The notes beneath the pieces are model-generated. The model was given only the letters and a program-made list of their open reading frames with translations. It did no database searches and was not told where the DNA came from. This document shows positions 1-8,214 of a stretch of 32,000 bases of DNA, piece after piece. How positions within the stretch are numbered: position 1 is the first letter of the stretch; every line of letters starts with the position of its first letter. The position numbers and the translations under genes were made by a program. Source of the stretch: Halomicronema hongdechloris C2206 (GTDB taxonomy: Bacteria > Cyanobacteriota > Cyanobacteriia > Phormidesmidales > Phormidesmidaceae); the NCBI RefSeq assembly GCF_002075285.3, contig NZ_CP021983.2, forward strand, positions 4,080,001-4,112,000, written 5' to 3'.

Positions 1-864
1 GTCCACATCGGCGGTAATGCGCCGCAGTTCATTTTCTCGCTCTTGAATGGCGGTGCGGGCTCGGGTCAGGGCCACATCACTCTGGCGTTTACAGTCTGCC
101 TCCACTTGGGCCGCTTCTGCCACGGCATTGGATTCGGAAATTTCCGCATCTCTGACAATGTTGGCAATCTGGCGACGGCCGATGGAGTTGAGATAGTCAA
201 CCCGGTCGGAGACACTTTGAATCTTTAAGGTGTCGAGATGTAAGCCCAATTTAGCCAGATCGTCGCGCACGTCACTGGCGATGCGCTCGGCGAATTGCAA
301 CCGGTCTTCGTTGAGTTGTTCTGGGGTCAAGGTAGCGACGACCCCCCGCAGGTTGCCTTCTAGGGTTTCTCGAGCCACCCGAGCAATCTCTTTGGGATGG
401 CGGCCAAGGAATCGTTCGATGGCATTACCCACTAAGGATTCATTGCGGGCAATTTTGACATTGGCGATGGCCTGAATATCGAGGGGGGTGCCGCCTTTGG
501 CGTAGGCGTTGGTGACTTCAATGGGGACGGGCATGGTGGTCAGGTCCATGGTCTTGACCGTTTCCAGGACCGGTATGTGCAGGGTGCGGCCACCGTAGAT
601 CACCCGATACCCCAAGACCTGCCCGTCTTTCCGCTTGTAGCGACGCCCGGAGATGATCAAAATCTTATTGGGATCGCAGATCTGAATGAAGGCATTGACG
701 CCCCAAATGATAATGATGATGGCGACGACGAGGGTGGCAATCAAAGGCATAATAACGCCATCGGCGGTTGGCCCACTGGTCTGCCCCATCACCGGCAAGG
801 GAGGCGATAGGCCTTCGACGCTATCACCGGCGTGAGAATTCGGGTCAAGCTTAGTGTGTGTCAT
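1..864 (-). CDS. Flotillin / SPFH (band-7) domain protein, first 288 codons; the C-terminus lies beyond the window start
   Basis: Absent from the ORF track because it runs off the edge. A reverse-strand ATG at 864-862 opens a frame that stays open to base 1. Translation: MTHTKLDPNS...IMPLIATLVVAIIIIIWGVNAFIQICDPNKILIISGRRYKRKDGQVLGYRVIYGGRTLHIPVLETVKTMDLTTMPVPIEV...RFLGRHPKEIARVARETLEGNLRGVVATLTPEQLNEDRLQFAERIASDVRDDLAKLGLHLDTLKIQSVSD... It has one N-terminal TM helix, then an SPFH core and the start of a coiled coil. It lies 53 nt downstream of an NfeD gene, as in yqiJ-yqiK type operons. Confidence 0.8.
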   Translation of the reverse strand, partial: MTHTKLDPNSHAGDSVEGLSPPLPVMGQTSGPTADGVIMPLIATLVVAIIIIIWGVNAFIQICDPNKILIISGRRYKRKDGQVLGYRVIYGGRTLHIPVLETVKTMDLTTMPVPIEVTNAYAKGGTPLDIQAIANVKIARNESLVGNAIERFLGRHPKEIARVARETLEGNLRGVVATLTPEQLNEDRLQFAERIASDVRDDLAKLGLHLDTLKIQSVSDRVDYLNSIGRRQIANIVRDAEISESNAVAEAAQVEADCKRQSDVALTRARTAIQERENELRRITADVD

Positions 865-917
865 TGATTTCCCGTCGTTAGGGTGAGACTGGTTTGGTTG
901 AGGAACTGTCGGAGGCC

Positions 918-1598
918 TCACTCGGGGACACCTAGCCAGGGAGATTTGAGCTCTTCGCAGGAGACAACCCAGAGCTTATTGTTTTCGAGCCCAACTACGA
1001 GAACCGTCTCTCCCGGTTGAAAGGCTCTGTCTTCTTGAGTGAAGGCAAAGAAGCCGATGGTAGATCCCTTGAGACTGAGTCTGACTTTTCCCCGGCTGTG
1101 GGCATCAAAGGGAATTTCGACGGTGCCGATTAAGCCGACTAGACTGTCAGAGGTCGTCATGCTGTTGGCTTGGTGTGTGCCCAGTAGGCGCAGGATCCAG
1201 GCGGCGAGGGAGCCGCACAGAATGCCCATTAAAGTTGCGATCGCACCAATCACTGCCACCGGTAGATCGGGCTGTAGCCAGGTTAACAGCAGACCGGTCA
1301 AGCCAAAGAAACAGAGCCCAAAGGTCCAGAACCTGAAGCTCAACACCGGCAACCATAGCCGTTTAGGTGGTCTCGCGAATCGGCGCGTCTGATCAGCCGT
1401 CAAGGCATGGGTACCGGCGTCGATATCGTCGACCTCCGCCTCAATAGCAGCAGTGTCTAGATCGGCAGTATCTAGCTCGGCAGCGTCTAAATCGGCGGTG
1501 TCCAAGTCGCCAAAATCGACTCCATCTAAGCCACCTAAGGCAGACAGCAGCACAAACACGCCACCAATGGCAAAACAGATAATGTAGGGGAGCATCAT
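918..1598 (-). CDS. NfeD / YqiJ-like membrane protein, the flotillin-associated partner
   Basis: 226-aa ORF. It has an N-terminal TM helix, an acidic D-rich loop (DFGDLDTADLDAAELDTADLDTAAIEAEVDDIDAG) and three further TM helices. The C-terminal soluble domain (LVGLIGTVEIPFDAHSRGKVRLSLKGSTIGFFAFTQEDRAFQPGETVLVVGLENNKLWVV) is typical of the NfeD OB fold. It sits directly upstream of the flotillin gene on the same strand. Confidence 0.75.
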   Translation of the reverse strand: MMLPYIICFAIGGVFVLLSALGGLDGVDFGDLDTADLDAAELDTADLDTAAIEAEVDDIDAGTHALTADQTRRFARPPKRLWLPVLSFRFWTFGLCFFGLTGLLLTWLQPDLPVAVIGAIATLMGILCGSLAAWILRLLGTHQANSMTTSDSLVGLIGTVEIPFDAHSRGKVRLSLKGSTIGFFAFTQEDRAFQPGETVLVVGLENNKLWVVSCEELKSPWLGVPE

Positions 1599-1700
1599 AT
1601 CAACTTAGCTGCCTGGCCTTGAGACCTTCTGCGGGCGGGCGTGAAGAGCCCGCCTATTAGCTTATGGGCTTTATCCAGATGGCAGGGCCACCCCTTCACG

Positions 1701-1775
1701 CTATGTAATCTTTTGACTAGTAATCTTTTGACTACTGCCGCCAGTGGTGAAGCCACAGCCGCCGCCACAACTCAT
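1701..1775 (-). CDS. Candidate 24-aa small protein MSCGGGCGFTTGGSSQKITSQKIT, below the ORF-track length cutoff
   Basis: Reverse strand reads AGGAGA, then 6 nt, then ATG (ATG at 1775-1773), followed by 24 sense codons and a TAG at 1703-1701. The perfect 15-bp tandem repeat at 1705-1734 is exactly 5 codons and is in frame (SQKIT x2). The ORF lies about 100 nt upstream of the nfeD start on the same strand. There is no homology evidence. Confidence 0.3.
   Translation of the reverse strand: MSCGGGCGFTTGGSSQKITSQKIT
1705..1734. repeat. Perfect tandem direct repeat, 2 x 15 bp (GTAATCTTTTGACTA)
   Basis: Read directly: gtaatcttttgacta at 1705-1719 and again at 1720-1734. Confidence 0.95.
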
Positions 1776-1887
1776 AATCGTTCTCCTGACGTTGCTGGAC
1801 TGATTCGATTCAACAATATCGAGAGGCCTTAGCTAGGGGAGCATAGTCGTAGTCATGAGGCAGGTTATGGTCATACTCGTCCCCATC

Positions 1888-1913
1888 AAAAAAGCACCCC
1901 TTACGGCGGATGC
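1888..1913 (-). terminator. Possible intrinsic terminator on the minus strand
   Basis: The minus strand reads GCAUCC-gccguaag-GGGUGC followed by UUUUUU. That is a 6-bp stem with one G.U pair, and the U-run is the complement of the A-run at 1888-1893. On the plus strand the same stem has a C-A mismatch and no U-run. No obvious upstream minus-strand gene exists, and a 36-codon ORF (1920-1810) overlaps it, so the function is uncertain. Confidence 0.3.
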
Positions 1914-2045
1914 TTCCCATTAATCACGGCCTAGATGAACTAACCCACGATGTCAGGAGCCTTGCTGGAGGCCAAATCGAGGGGGAAAATATCTACCCGG
2001 TAGGCATACTAGGGAGTAGGTCTCTCCAGCAATCAGGGGGGTAGG

Positions 2046-5000
2046 ATGAGCCAATTTTCCATAGCCCGTGGGTTGCCGATTTGGTTGGAGCGCACGCTGG
2101 TAGCAGGGCTCTATGGACTCACCGCTTGGATGAGCTATCAAGTCATGGTTCCCCCAGGCTACGTTTGTCCGATCTGGTTGCCCTCAGGCGTTATCTTGGC
2201 GGCGGTTCTCTGGCGGGGCTACCGGGTTTGGCCCGGCATTTTCATCGGCGCCGTCTTGGGCAACATCGGCACCTACTGGAGTAGTGACTCTGCGATGACG
2301 GTGTTGCGCTCCCTAGGAGCAGCCAGCGGTAATGGCTGCGGAGATACCTTGGGAGTTCTCTTGGCGGTCTATTTACTGCGGCAGCTCATCCCCGAGCAGG
2401 ACGTGTTAACTCGCAGCAGCGGCACTCTGGCATTTTTGGGCTTAGGCATCCTGCTCAATGGGCTACTCAGTGGTGTTATCGGTGTAGTTTCCTTAGCGGT
2501 CGCAGGCTGGCTGCCCTGGGCTCAGGTGAGTTCGAGCATTCTGGTTTGGTGGAGTGGCGGCAGCATCGGCGGGTTAATTGTGGCCCCCGCCATACTGGTT
2601 TGGGCCCATGGCCGGCAACCGCTACAGATGAGCTGGGGAGATGGTTTGATCGGCTTAGCAGCCCTGACGGCAATTAGTTGGATGCTGCTCTGGCCATTTC
2701 CTAGGGATGAGTTATTCACCATCCTAATCGGCCTGTATCCTCCCCTACTCTGGGCCAGCGTGCAATTAGATCGTCGCCTGACCTTTACTGGGTTGCTAGG
2801 AGTAACGTTATTAGCCATGGCCTCTGCTGCCTCTGGCCATGGCCTATTTAGCCAGCTCTTTGCCCATGGGCCATGGCGGCTACAGCTGTTGCTGATTAGC
2901 CTCAGCAGTACCGTGTTGGTTGCCCAAACCCTAGTTCATGAGCAGGTGCAGGCGATTGTCGCGGCTCAGCGGTCTAGTGAATTCAAGTTACAGGTGGCAA
3001 CAGATAGGTACCAAGCCATGGTGTCTAGCACCTTAGATGGCTTTTGGGTGATTGATACCGACAGGCGCCCTGGGCAGTTGCTGGAGGTGAATGAGGCCTA
3101 CTGTGGCATGGTTGGTTACTGTCAGCAGCAGCTGCTGCAGATGACAGTGGGCGACCTCGATACCGGCGATACTATCGAGCCAGCCATTGCCCCAGCTATT
3201 GCCTATGTACACCACATCCTAGAGCAGGGAAGTGCTCGCTTCGAGAGCCGCCATCGTGGCAGCCATGGCCAAATTGTCGATGTCGAGGTGAGTGCTCGGT
3301 ATTTACCTGATTATGGTTGTGTGGTTGCCTTCATCAGGGATATTAGCCAGCGGAAGCGCCGCGAAGCCGAACGCAAACAGGCTGAATTAGCTCTACAAAC
3401 CCAAGAGAGACAGCTACGCTTGATTACCGATGCCTTGCCGGTTTGTATCTCCTATATAGATGCGGAGCAACGCTATCGCTTTGCCAATAAGACCTACGAG
3501 GGTTGGTTTGGCCATCGTCCCGAGGAGCTCTACGGGCAATCGCTGCAGGAGGTCCTGGGGGACAGCGCCTACAGGGTGGTGCAAGCCAATGTGGAACGAG
3601 TATTAGCGGGACAACCGGTCAGCTATGAGGCCACCGTCCCTTACCGAGAGGGGAGTAGTCGTCACATCAAGGGCGATCTCATTCCTGATAGTGATGACCA
3701 GGGGCATGTGCTCGGCTATTACGCCTTAATTTCAGATTTGAGTCAGCGGAAGCGGGCTGAGCTAGCTCTACAAGAGAGTGAACAGCGCTTCCGTCAAGCC
3801 ATTCAAGCAGCGCCATTTCCCATCGTCATCCATGCCGAAGATGGGGAAGTGATCATGATCAGCCAGGCCTGGACAGATTTAACCGGCTATGGTCTAGAGG
3901 ACATACCCACCGTGGCGGACTGGACTGAAAAGGCCTACGGAGAGCGCCAGTCTCTAGTCAAAGACGTCATTGATCAACTCTATTGCCTAGAAAACCGTCG
4001 CCATGAGGGAGAATTTAGCATCCGCACTCGGGACGGCAACACTCGCATCTGGGATTTTAGCTCTGCTCCCTTGGGCCCCCTGCCCGATGGTCGCCGCCTG
4101 GTGATCAGCATGGCCATGGATGTGACCCAACGACGGCAAGCCGAAGATGCCCTGCGGGAAAGCGAGGAGAAATTTCGGCAGTTGGCCGAGCACATTAATG
4201 CCGTTTTTTGGATTACCACGGGCGATGCCAGTCGTATCTTGTATGTGAGTCCGGCCTACGATGACATTTGGGGAGAGTCGCGACAAGCCCTGTACCAGGA
4301 TCCAGAGCGTTGGCTGCAGAGGGTTCACCGCGATGACCAAGACCAGGTCCGCCAAGCTCAGCAGCAAAGGGGCATCACTGGCCATTTTGATATCGAGTAT
4401 CGAATTATTCGAGCCGATGGCACCCTGCGTTGGATTAGCGATCGCAGCTTTCCGGTGTACAACGAAACCGGAGACATCTACCGCATCACTGGCTTAGCTG
4501 AAGACATTACCGCCCAGAAGCAAACTACCCTAGCCCTGGCCCAGAAAACGGCTGAGTTAGAGCGGTCGAATCGAGATCTAGAGCAATTTGCCTATGTGGC
4601 CTCCCACGATCTGAGAGAGCCTTTACGCAAAGTCAAGAGTTTCACCGAACTCTTGGCGCAACGGTATGGCTCCCAATTGGATGAACGGGCCCAGAAATAC
4701 ATCTACTACATCGTGGACGGGGCTGAGCGCATGCAGACACTCATCAGCGACCTACTCATCTATTCGCGGGCCGGGCGCACCATGATCGCCCCCGAGCCAG
4801 TCGATTTGAATCAGCTAGTAGCCGAGGTGATGTCAAGCTTGCAACTATTGATTCAAACAGCCCATGCCACCGTCACCGTCGACGATTTACCAGTGGTCTG
4901 GGGTCACGCCAGTCAACTGCATCAGGTCTTCCAGAATCTCATCGCCAATGGCATCAAGTTCTGCCAGCGGGAAACCCCGCAGATTCACATTTCCGCCCAG

Positions 5001-5249
5001 CAGAAGCAGCCCCAATGGATTATATCAGTGCGCGATAATGGCATTGGTATCGAGCCCGAACATCAGGAGCGCATCTTCGGTGTCTTCCAACGACTCCATG
5101 CCCGCAGCGAGTATGAGGGCACAGGGATTGGACTAGCCGTCTGTAAACGGATTGTAGAAGGCCACGGTGGCCAGATTTGGTTGCACTCGATTCCGGATCA
5201 AGGCACTACTTTCTATTTCTCGATGCCAGTTACGCCGCCACCGTCTTAA
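2046..5249 (+). CDS. Sensor histidine kinase with a MASE1-type membrane domain, four PAS domains, HisKA and HATPase_c
   Basis: 1067-aa ORF. The N-terminal ~300 aa are polytopic with a MASE1-like start (PIWLPSGVILAAVLWRGYRVWPGIFIGAVLGN). Four PAS modules are separated by coiled linkers (ISQRKRREAERKQAELALQ, LSQRKRAELALQESEQRFR, VTQRRQAEDALRESEEKFR, ITAQKQTTLALAQKTAELE). The kinase motifs are H-box FAYVASHDLREPL, N-box QNLIANGIKF, G1 DNGIGI and G2 GTGIGL. Confidence 0.9.
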   Translation: MSQFSIARGLPIWLERTLVAGLYGLTAWMSYQVMVPPGYVCPIWLPSGVILAAVLWRGYRVWPGIFIGAVLGNIGTYWSSDSAMTVLRSLGAASGNGCGDTLGVLLAVYLLRQLIPEQDVLTRSSGTLAFLGLGILLNGLLSGVIGVVSLAVAGWLPWAQVSSSILVWWSGGSIGGLIVAPAILVWAHGRQPLQMSWGDGLIGLAALTAISWMLLWPFPRDELFTILIGLYPPLLWASVQLDRRLTFTGLLGVTLLAMASAASGHGLFSQLFAHGPWRLQLLLISLSSTVLVAQTLVHEQVQAIVAAQRSSEFKLQVATDRYQAMVSSTLDGFWVIDTDRRPGQLLEVNEAYCGMVGYCQQQLLQMTVGDLDTGDTIEPAIAPAIAYVHHILEQGSARFESRHRGSHGQIVDVEVSARYLPDYGCVVAFIRDISQRKRREAERKQAELALQTQERQLRLITDALPVCISYIDAEQRYRFANKTYEGWFGHRPEELYGQSLQEVLGDSAYRVVQANVERVLAGQPVSYEATVPYREGSSRHIKGDLIPDSDDQGHVLGYYALISDLSQRKRAELALQESEQRFRQAIQAAPFPIVIHAEDGEVIMISQAWTDLTGYGLEDIPTVADWTEKAYGERQSLVKDVIDQLYCLENRRHEGEFSIRTRDGNTRIWDFSSAPLGPLPDGRRLVISMAMDVTQRRQAEDALRESEEKFRQLAEHINAVFWITTGDASRILYVSPAYDDIWGESRQALYQDPERWLQRVHRDDQDQVRQAQQQRGITGHFDIEYRIIRADGTLRWISDRSFPVYNETGDIYRITGLAEDITAQKQTTLALAQKTAELERSNRDLEQFAYVASHDLREPLRKVKSFTELLAQRYGSQLDERAQKYIYYIVDGAERMQTLISDLLIYSRAGRTMIAPEPVDLNQLVAEVMSSLQLLIQTAHATVTVDDLPVVWGHASQLHQVFQNLIANGIKFCQRETPQIHISAQQKQPQWIISVRDNGIGIEPEHQERIFGVFQRLHARSEYEGTGIGLAVCKRIVEGHGGQIWLHSIPDQGTTFYFSMPVTPPPS

Positions 5250-5452
5250 GGAGGCATCTCCGTCAAATCCTACAGGCTTAGCCTCTCTATGGTCCCTGAC
5301 TCAATAGTCCTTGGCTTAGTCGCCCCATCTCCTACAAATTATTCAAGCCCACTGTCCCCAAATACTCCTGGTTTGCCTGAGATCACCTTGTATTAAGTCA
5401 ATGGGAAATCTGTGCATCTCCGGTAAGAATCAGCCCTCATCAGGAGTTCGCG

Positions 5453-5914
5453 ATGCCTGCCCTACAGCCCTGCTTGCAAATTCTACTGGTTGATGATGAT
5501 CCAGGCGATGTTGACCTGGTTTGGGAAGCCCTAGCAGACAGTCGCTGGCCAGTGACCCTGCAGGTGGTCTCAGATGGGGAGCAGGCCCTGGCTTACCTAC
5601 GCCGCCAAGGACCCTACGAGAATGCCTGGCGGCCCCATTTGATTTTGCTCGATCTGAATATGCCTCGTAAGGATGGCCGCAGAGCCTTGGCTGAGATCAA
5701 GGCAGATCCTGACTTGAAGGGGATTCCGGTGATTATCCTGACCACCTCTGAGGCCGGGGATGATATCGACGCCACCTATGACCTCGGTGCCAGTTGCTAC
5801 ATCACTAAGGTGGCCAGCATTGATAAGTTCATGGGGCATGTCCAAAGCATTCTGGCGTTTTGGGTCGAGACTGCTGTGTTACCTGGTCTGCATATCCCGT
5901 TGGAGAGGGGCTGA
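5453..5914 (+). CDS. Single-domain response regulator (CheY/Rcp1-like receiver, no output domain)
   Basis: 153 aa. Acidic pocket ILLVDDDPGD, phospho-acceptor context HLILLDLNMPRKDG, then IPVIILTTS and the conserved Lys in CYITK. An AGGAG lies 7 nt upstream of the ATG. Confidence 0.9.
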   Translation: MPALQPCLQILLVDDDPGDVDLVWEALADSRWPVTLQVVSDGEQALAYLRRQGPYENAWRPHLILLDLNMPRKDGRRALAEIKADPDLKGIPVIILTTSEAGDDIDATYDLGASCYITKVASIDKFMGHVQSILAFWVETAVLPGLHIPLERG

Positions 5915-6024
5915 CTAAATACCACACCGGCATGACTGATACATCCAGAGAAACGTGTCTGGCCCCAAAAGGACGTATGCTAGCTGCAACCCTAGTGTCT
6001 CGACATACCTGATTCACGACTGCT

Positions 6025-6969
6025 ATGACTTTTTTCCAGGCCCACCCTCCTCTAGAGCAGGCCCTGACGGCGATCTTAGAGACCACTTGGAAGACCTTCC
6101 CGAGCCTGACTCAGAACCAGATTGCGGTGACTTGGGTTGTCTATAAACCACCCTATCCCGTCAACACTGGAGGAGCCCTGAGTCCCCAAGAGTTCTGGCA
6201 ACACCAGCCCCAGGGAGCTGCCTATCGAGGGGTGGAGTGCAGCTATCCGGCGAGCATCGTCAAGTTGTTTTATCTGGTGGCCGTGCATGAGTGGCTAGAG
6301 CAACAGATGATTGCCCCCACTCCAGAATTGGATCGAGCCGTGCAGGACATGATCATGGCGTCCAGCAATGACGCCACCAGCCTAGTGGTGGATGTGTTGA
6401 GTGGCACCACTAGTGGTCCTGAGTTGTCCCCGGGGCCGTTTGAGACGTGGAGATACCAGCGCAATATTGTCAATCGCTACTTCCAGTCTCTGCAGTGGCC
6501 AGAGTTAGCCACGGTCAACCTGAATCAGAAAACCTGGTGCGATGGTCCCTATGGGCGAGAACGGACCTTCCTAGGCCCAGCCCTGGAAAATCGCAACCGG
6601 CTGACCACTAACGCGGTGGCTCGCTTGCTGCACAGCATTGTGGGGGGGGTGTCGGTGTCGGCGATGCGATCGCAACAGATGATGGCCCTGCTAGGGCGTC
6701 ACTTACATCCGGCCCAGCTAGCCGACACCGATCCAGAGCAAAACCAGGTGGTGGGCTTTCTCGGTGGCGGCTTGCCAGCCACGGCCCGTCTCTGGTCCAA
6801 ATCCGGCATCACCAGCCGTGTCCGCCATGATGCCGCCTACATTGAAGTGGATAATTGCCCTCCTTATCTGTTGGTCGTCTTTACCGAAGGGCCAGCCCAG
6901 AGCCAAAATCCAGATCTGCTCCCCTTTCTCTCTCAGCACTGTTTAGACGCCGTGAAACCCCTGACATAG
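6025..6969 (+). CDS. Class-A beta-lactamase-like serine hydrolase (PBP-fold), apparently cytoplasmic
   Basis: 314 aa. SxxK appears as ASIVKLFY. SNDATSLV occupies the position of the class-A SDN loop. LENRNRLTTNAVARLL resembles the omega-loop/RDTTTP region, and a KSG (KTG-type) triad appears in WSKSGITS. The N-terminus MTFFQAHPPLEQALTAILETTW has no signal-peptide-like hydrophobic stretch. Confidence 0.7.
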   Translation: MTFFQAHPPLEQALTAILETTWKTFPSLTQNQIAVTWVVYKPPYPVNTGGALSPQEFWQHQPQGAAYRGVECSYPASIVKLFYLVAVHEWLEQQMIAPTPELDRAVQDMIMASSNDATSLVVDVLSGTTSGPELSPGPFETWRYQRNIVNRYFQSLQWPELATVNLNQKTWCDGPYGRERTFLGPALENRNRLTTNAVARLLHSIVGGVSVSAMRSQQMMALLGRHLHPAQLADTDPEQNQVVGFLGGGLPATARLWSKSGITSRVRHDAAYIEVDNCPPYLLVVFTEGPAQSQNPDLLPFLSQHCLDAVKPLT

Positions 6970-7217
6970 TCAGCAGGCAGACAAAGCCAGACAAAATCCG
7001 AGAATAAAGGCTTTGAGAGAATCTCTCAGGGAATCGCTGACAATTTCGGAAAGTTAGCCGATGATGTAAACGTGGTCTTATACGATCTGTCCAGTTTTTC
7101 ACCCAGTTGGGATGTATCTTGTCCAGCTCAGAGGCAGCCGTTTACCGCAGGGGAACGTTAGGCCTAGACGGAGACAAGGGGTATCTAACCACGGTTACTC
7201 TGGCCAGAGTCCACAGC

Positions 7218-7243
7218 ATAGGTCTAAATCATAGGTCTGAATC
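7218..7243. repeat. Tandem direct repeat, 2 x 13 bp (ATAGGTCTAAATC / ATAGGTCTGAATC)
   Basis: Read directly, 12 of 13 identical. It ends 20 nt before the ATG at 7264 and just upstream of its GAGGAG. Confidence 0.9.
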
Positions 7244-7263
7244 TGTTGAGGAGTGAACGAATC

Positions 7264-8109
7264 ATGGCTTACACCACGCACGTTCCACTAGCATTGGGTC
7301 TAGCCGCCCTTGCTGCCGCAGGCATTGCCCTGCCCGCTCGAGCCAATTCCGCAATCACCATGGATGCCCGAGCATCTGCCGAGTCCAGCTCAGATCTGGT
7401 TACCCATTTCACCCAAGTTGCTGATGACTTCGAAGCACTCGACAGTACGACGGTGACTCCCCAGGCAACCTCCATTGATATGGCAGGTGCATTCACTGAG
7501 ACGCCTCAGGAACCGGCTCGAGTCTCATCCGCCCCCCTGTCTACCATGGATGCCGATGTTGAGACCTCTGCAGCCGCTTTAGTGCGGCCCTCTCAACCAG
7601 AGCAAGCCCAAGCCAATTCATCGGATCAGGTTGCTGACCTCAATCAGGGATCCGTAGAGGTGGCTCAAGACATCGCCCAGATTACCAGCGGTGCCTATCG
7701 GGGAATGCCGCCTGCCTATCTGGGAGTTGGTGGCAATATCGGCATTGGTGACAACGACACAGCTGTGGGTGACTTTGGCTTTGCTGTCATCAGTAAAATT
7801 TCCCTAGGCCCTCGCTTTGCCGTGCGCCCCAGCTTCATCTTCTCGGAAGAGAGCACCTCCCTCCTGGCTCCTGTCACCTATAACTTCAATGTGTTGAATA
7901 TCCGGGGATTTCGCGTGCAGCCATTCCTGGGAGTTGGGGCCGACATCGATTTCGATGACGACACCAATTTACTCGTCGATGCCGGAGTAGACATTCCCAT
8001 CTCTCGCCAGTTTACCCTCAATGCCACCACCAACTTCAGCGTCACCGACGACTTCGGGGCTGGTCTTGTGTTGGGAGTGGCCTACAACGTTCCCCTATTT
8101 TTCGAGTAA
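7264..8109 (+). CDS. Secreted protein with a C-terminal small beta-barrel (outer-membrane-protein-like) domain
   Basis: The ORF track starts at TTG 7246, but ATG 7264 is preceded by GAGGAG. The signal peptide is MAYTTHVPLALGLAALAAAGIALPARANS. It is followed by ~140 aa of low-complexity S/T/A/Q/E/D-rich sequence. The last ~130 aa show alternating hydrophobic beta-strand patterns (YLGVGGNIGIG, FGFAVISKISL, FAVRPSFIF, LLAPVTYNF, FRVQPFLGVGADIDF, FTLNATTNFSV, AGLVLGVAYNVPLFF). Assignment is by pattern only. Confidence 0.55.
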   Translation: MAYTTHVPLALGLAALAAAGIALPARANSAITMDARASAESSSDLVTHFTQVADDFEALDSTTVTPQATSIDMAGAFTETPQEPARVSSAPLSTMDADVETSAAALVRPSQPEQAQANSSDQVADLNQGSVEVAQDIAQITSGAYRGMPPAYLGVGGNIGIGDNDTAVGDFGFAVISKISLGPRFAVRPSFIFSEESTSLLAPVTYNFNVLNIRGFRVQPFLGVGADIDFDDDTNLLVDAGVDIPISRQFTLNATTNFSVTDDFGAGLVLGVAYNVPLFFE

Positions 8110-8146
8110 TCCTCTGAGCGCTAATTCAGCATTATCTGACATTGGC

Positions 8147-8174
8147 AGGGGTGTCCTTGGGGACACCCCTTTTA
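8147..8174 (+). terminator. Rho-independent terminator downstream of the beta-barrel protein gene
   Basis: A perfect 10-bp stem, AGGGGTGTCC (8147-8156) with GGACACCCCT (8161-8170), and loop TTGG. The T at 8170 and the following TTT form a TTTT run. It lies 38 nt after the stop codon. Confidence 0.75.
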
Positions 8175-8214
8175 GTCTGGGCATTCTAACCCTAAGGTTT
8201 AGGGATCAATCACG

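Noticed and set aside
1440-1520. A 15-bp periodic DNA repeat inside nfeD that encodes the acidic DLDTA-like pentapeptide repeats.
   Set aside because: D-rich repeated loops after the first TM helix are, as far as I recall, a common feature of YqiJ-type NfeD proteins. They are in-frame coding repeats, not a separate element.
1634-1654. A GC-rich 7-bp hairpin (GGCGGGC-gtgaaga-GCCCGCC) considered as a terminator.
   Set aside because: No U-run follows on either strand, and it sits in the 5' leader of nfeD. It is mentioned only as part of the leader finding.
3340-4560. Recurrent SQRKR...ELALQ-like segments in the histidine kinase.
   Set aside because: These are the usual coiled-coil junctions between successive PAS domains, not an independent repeat element.
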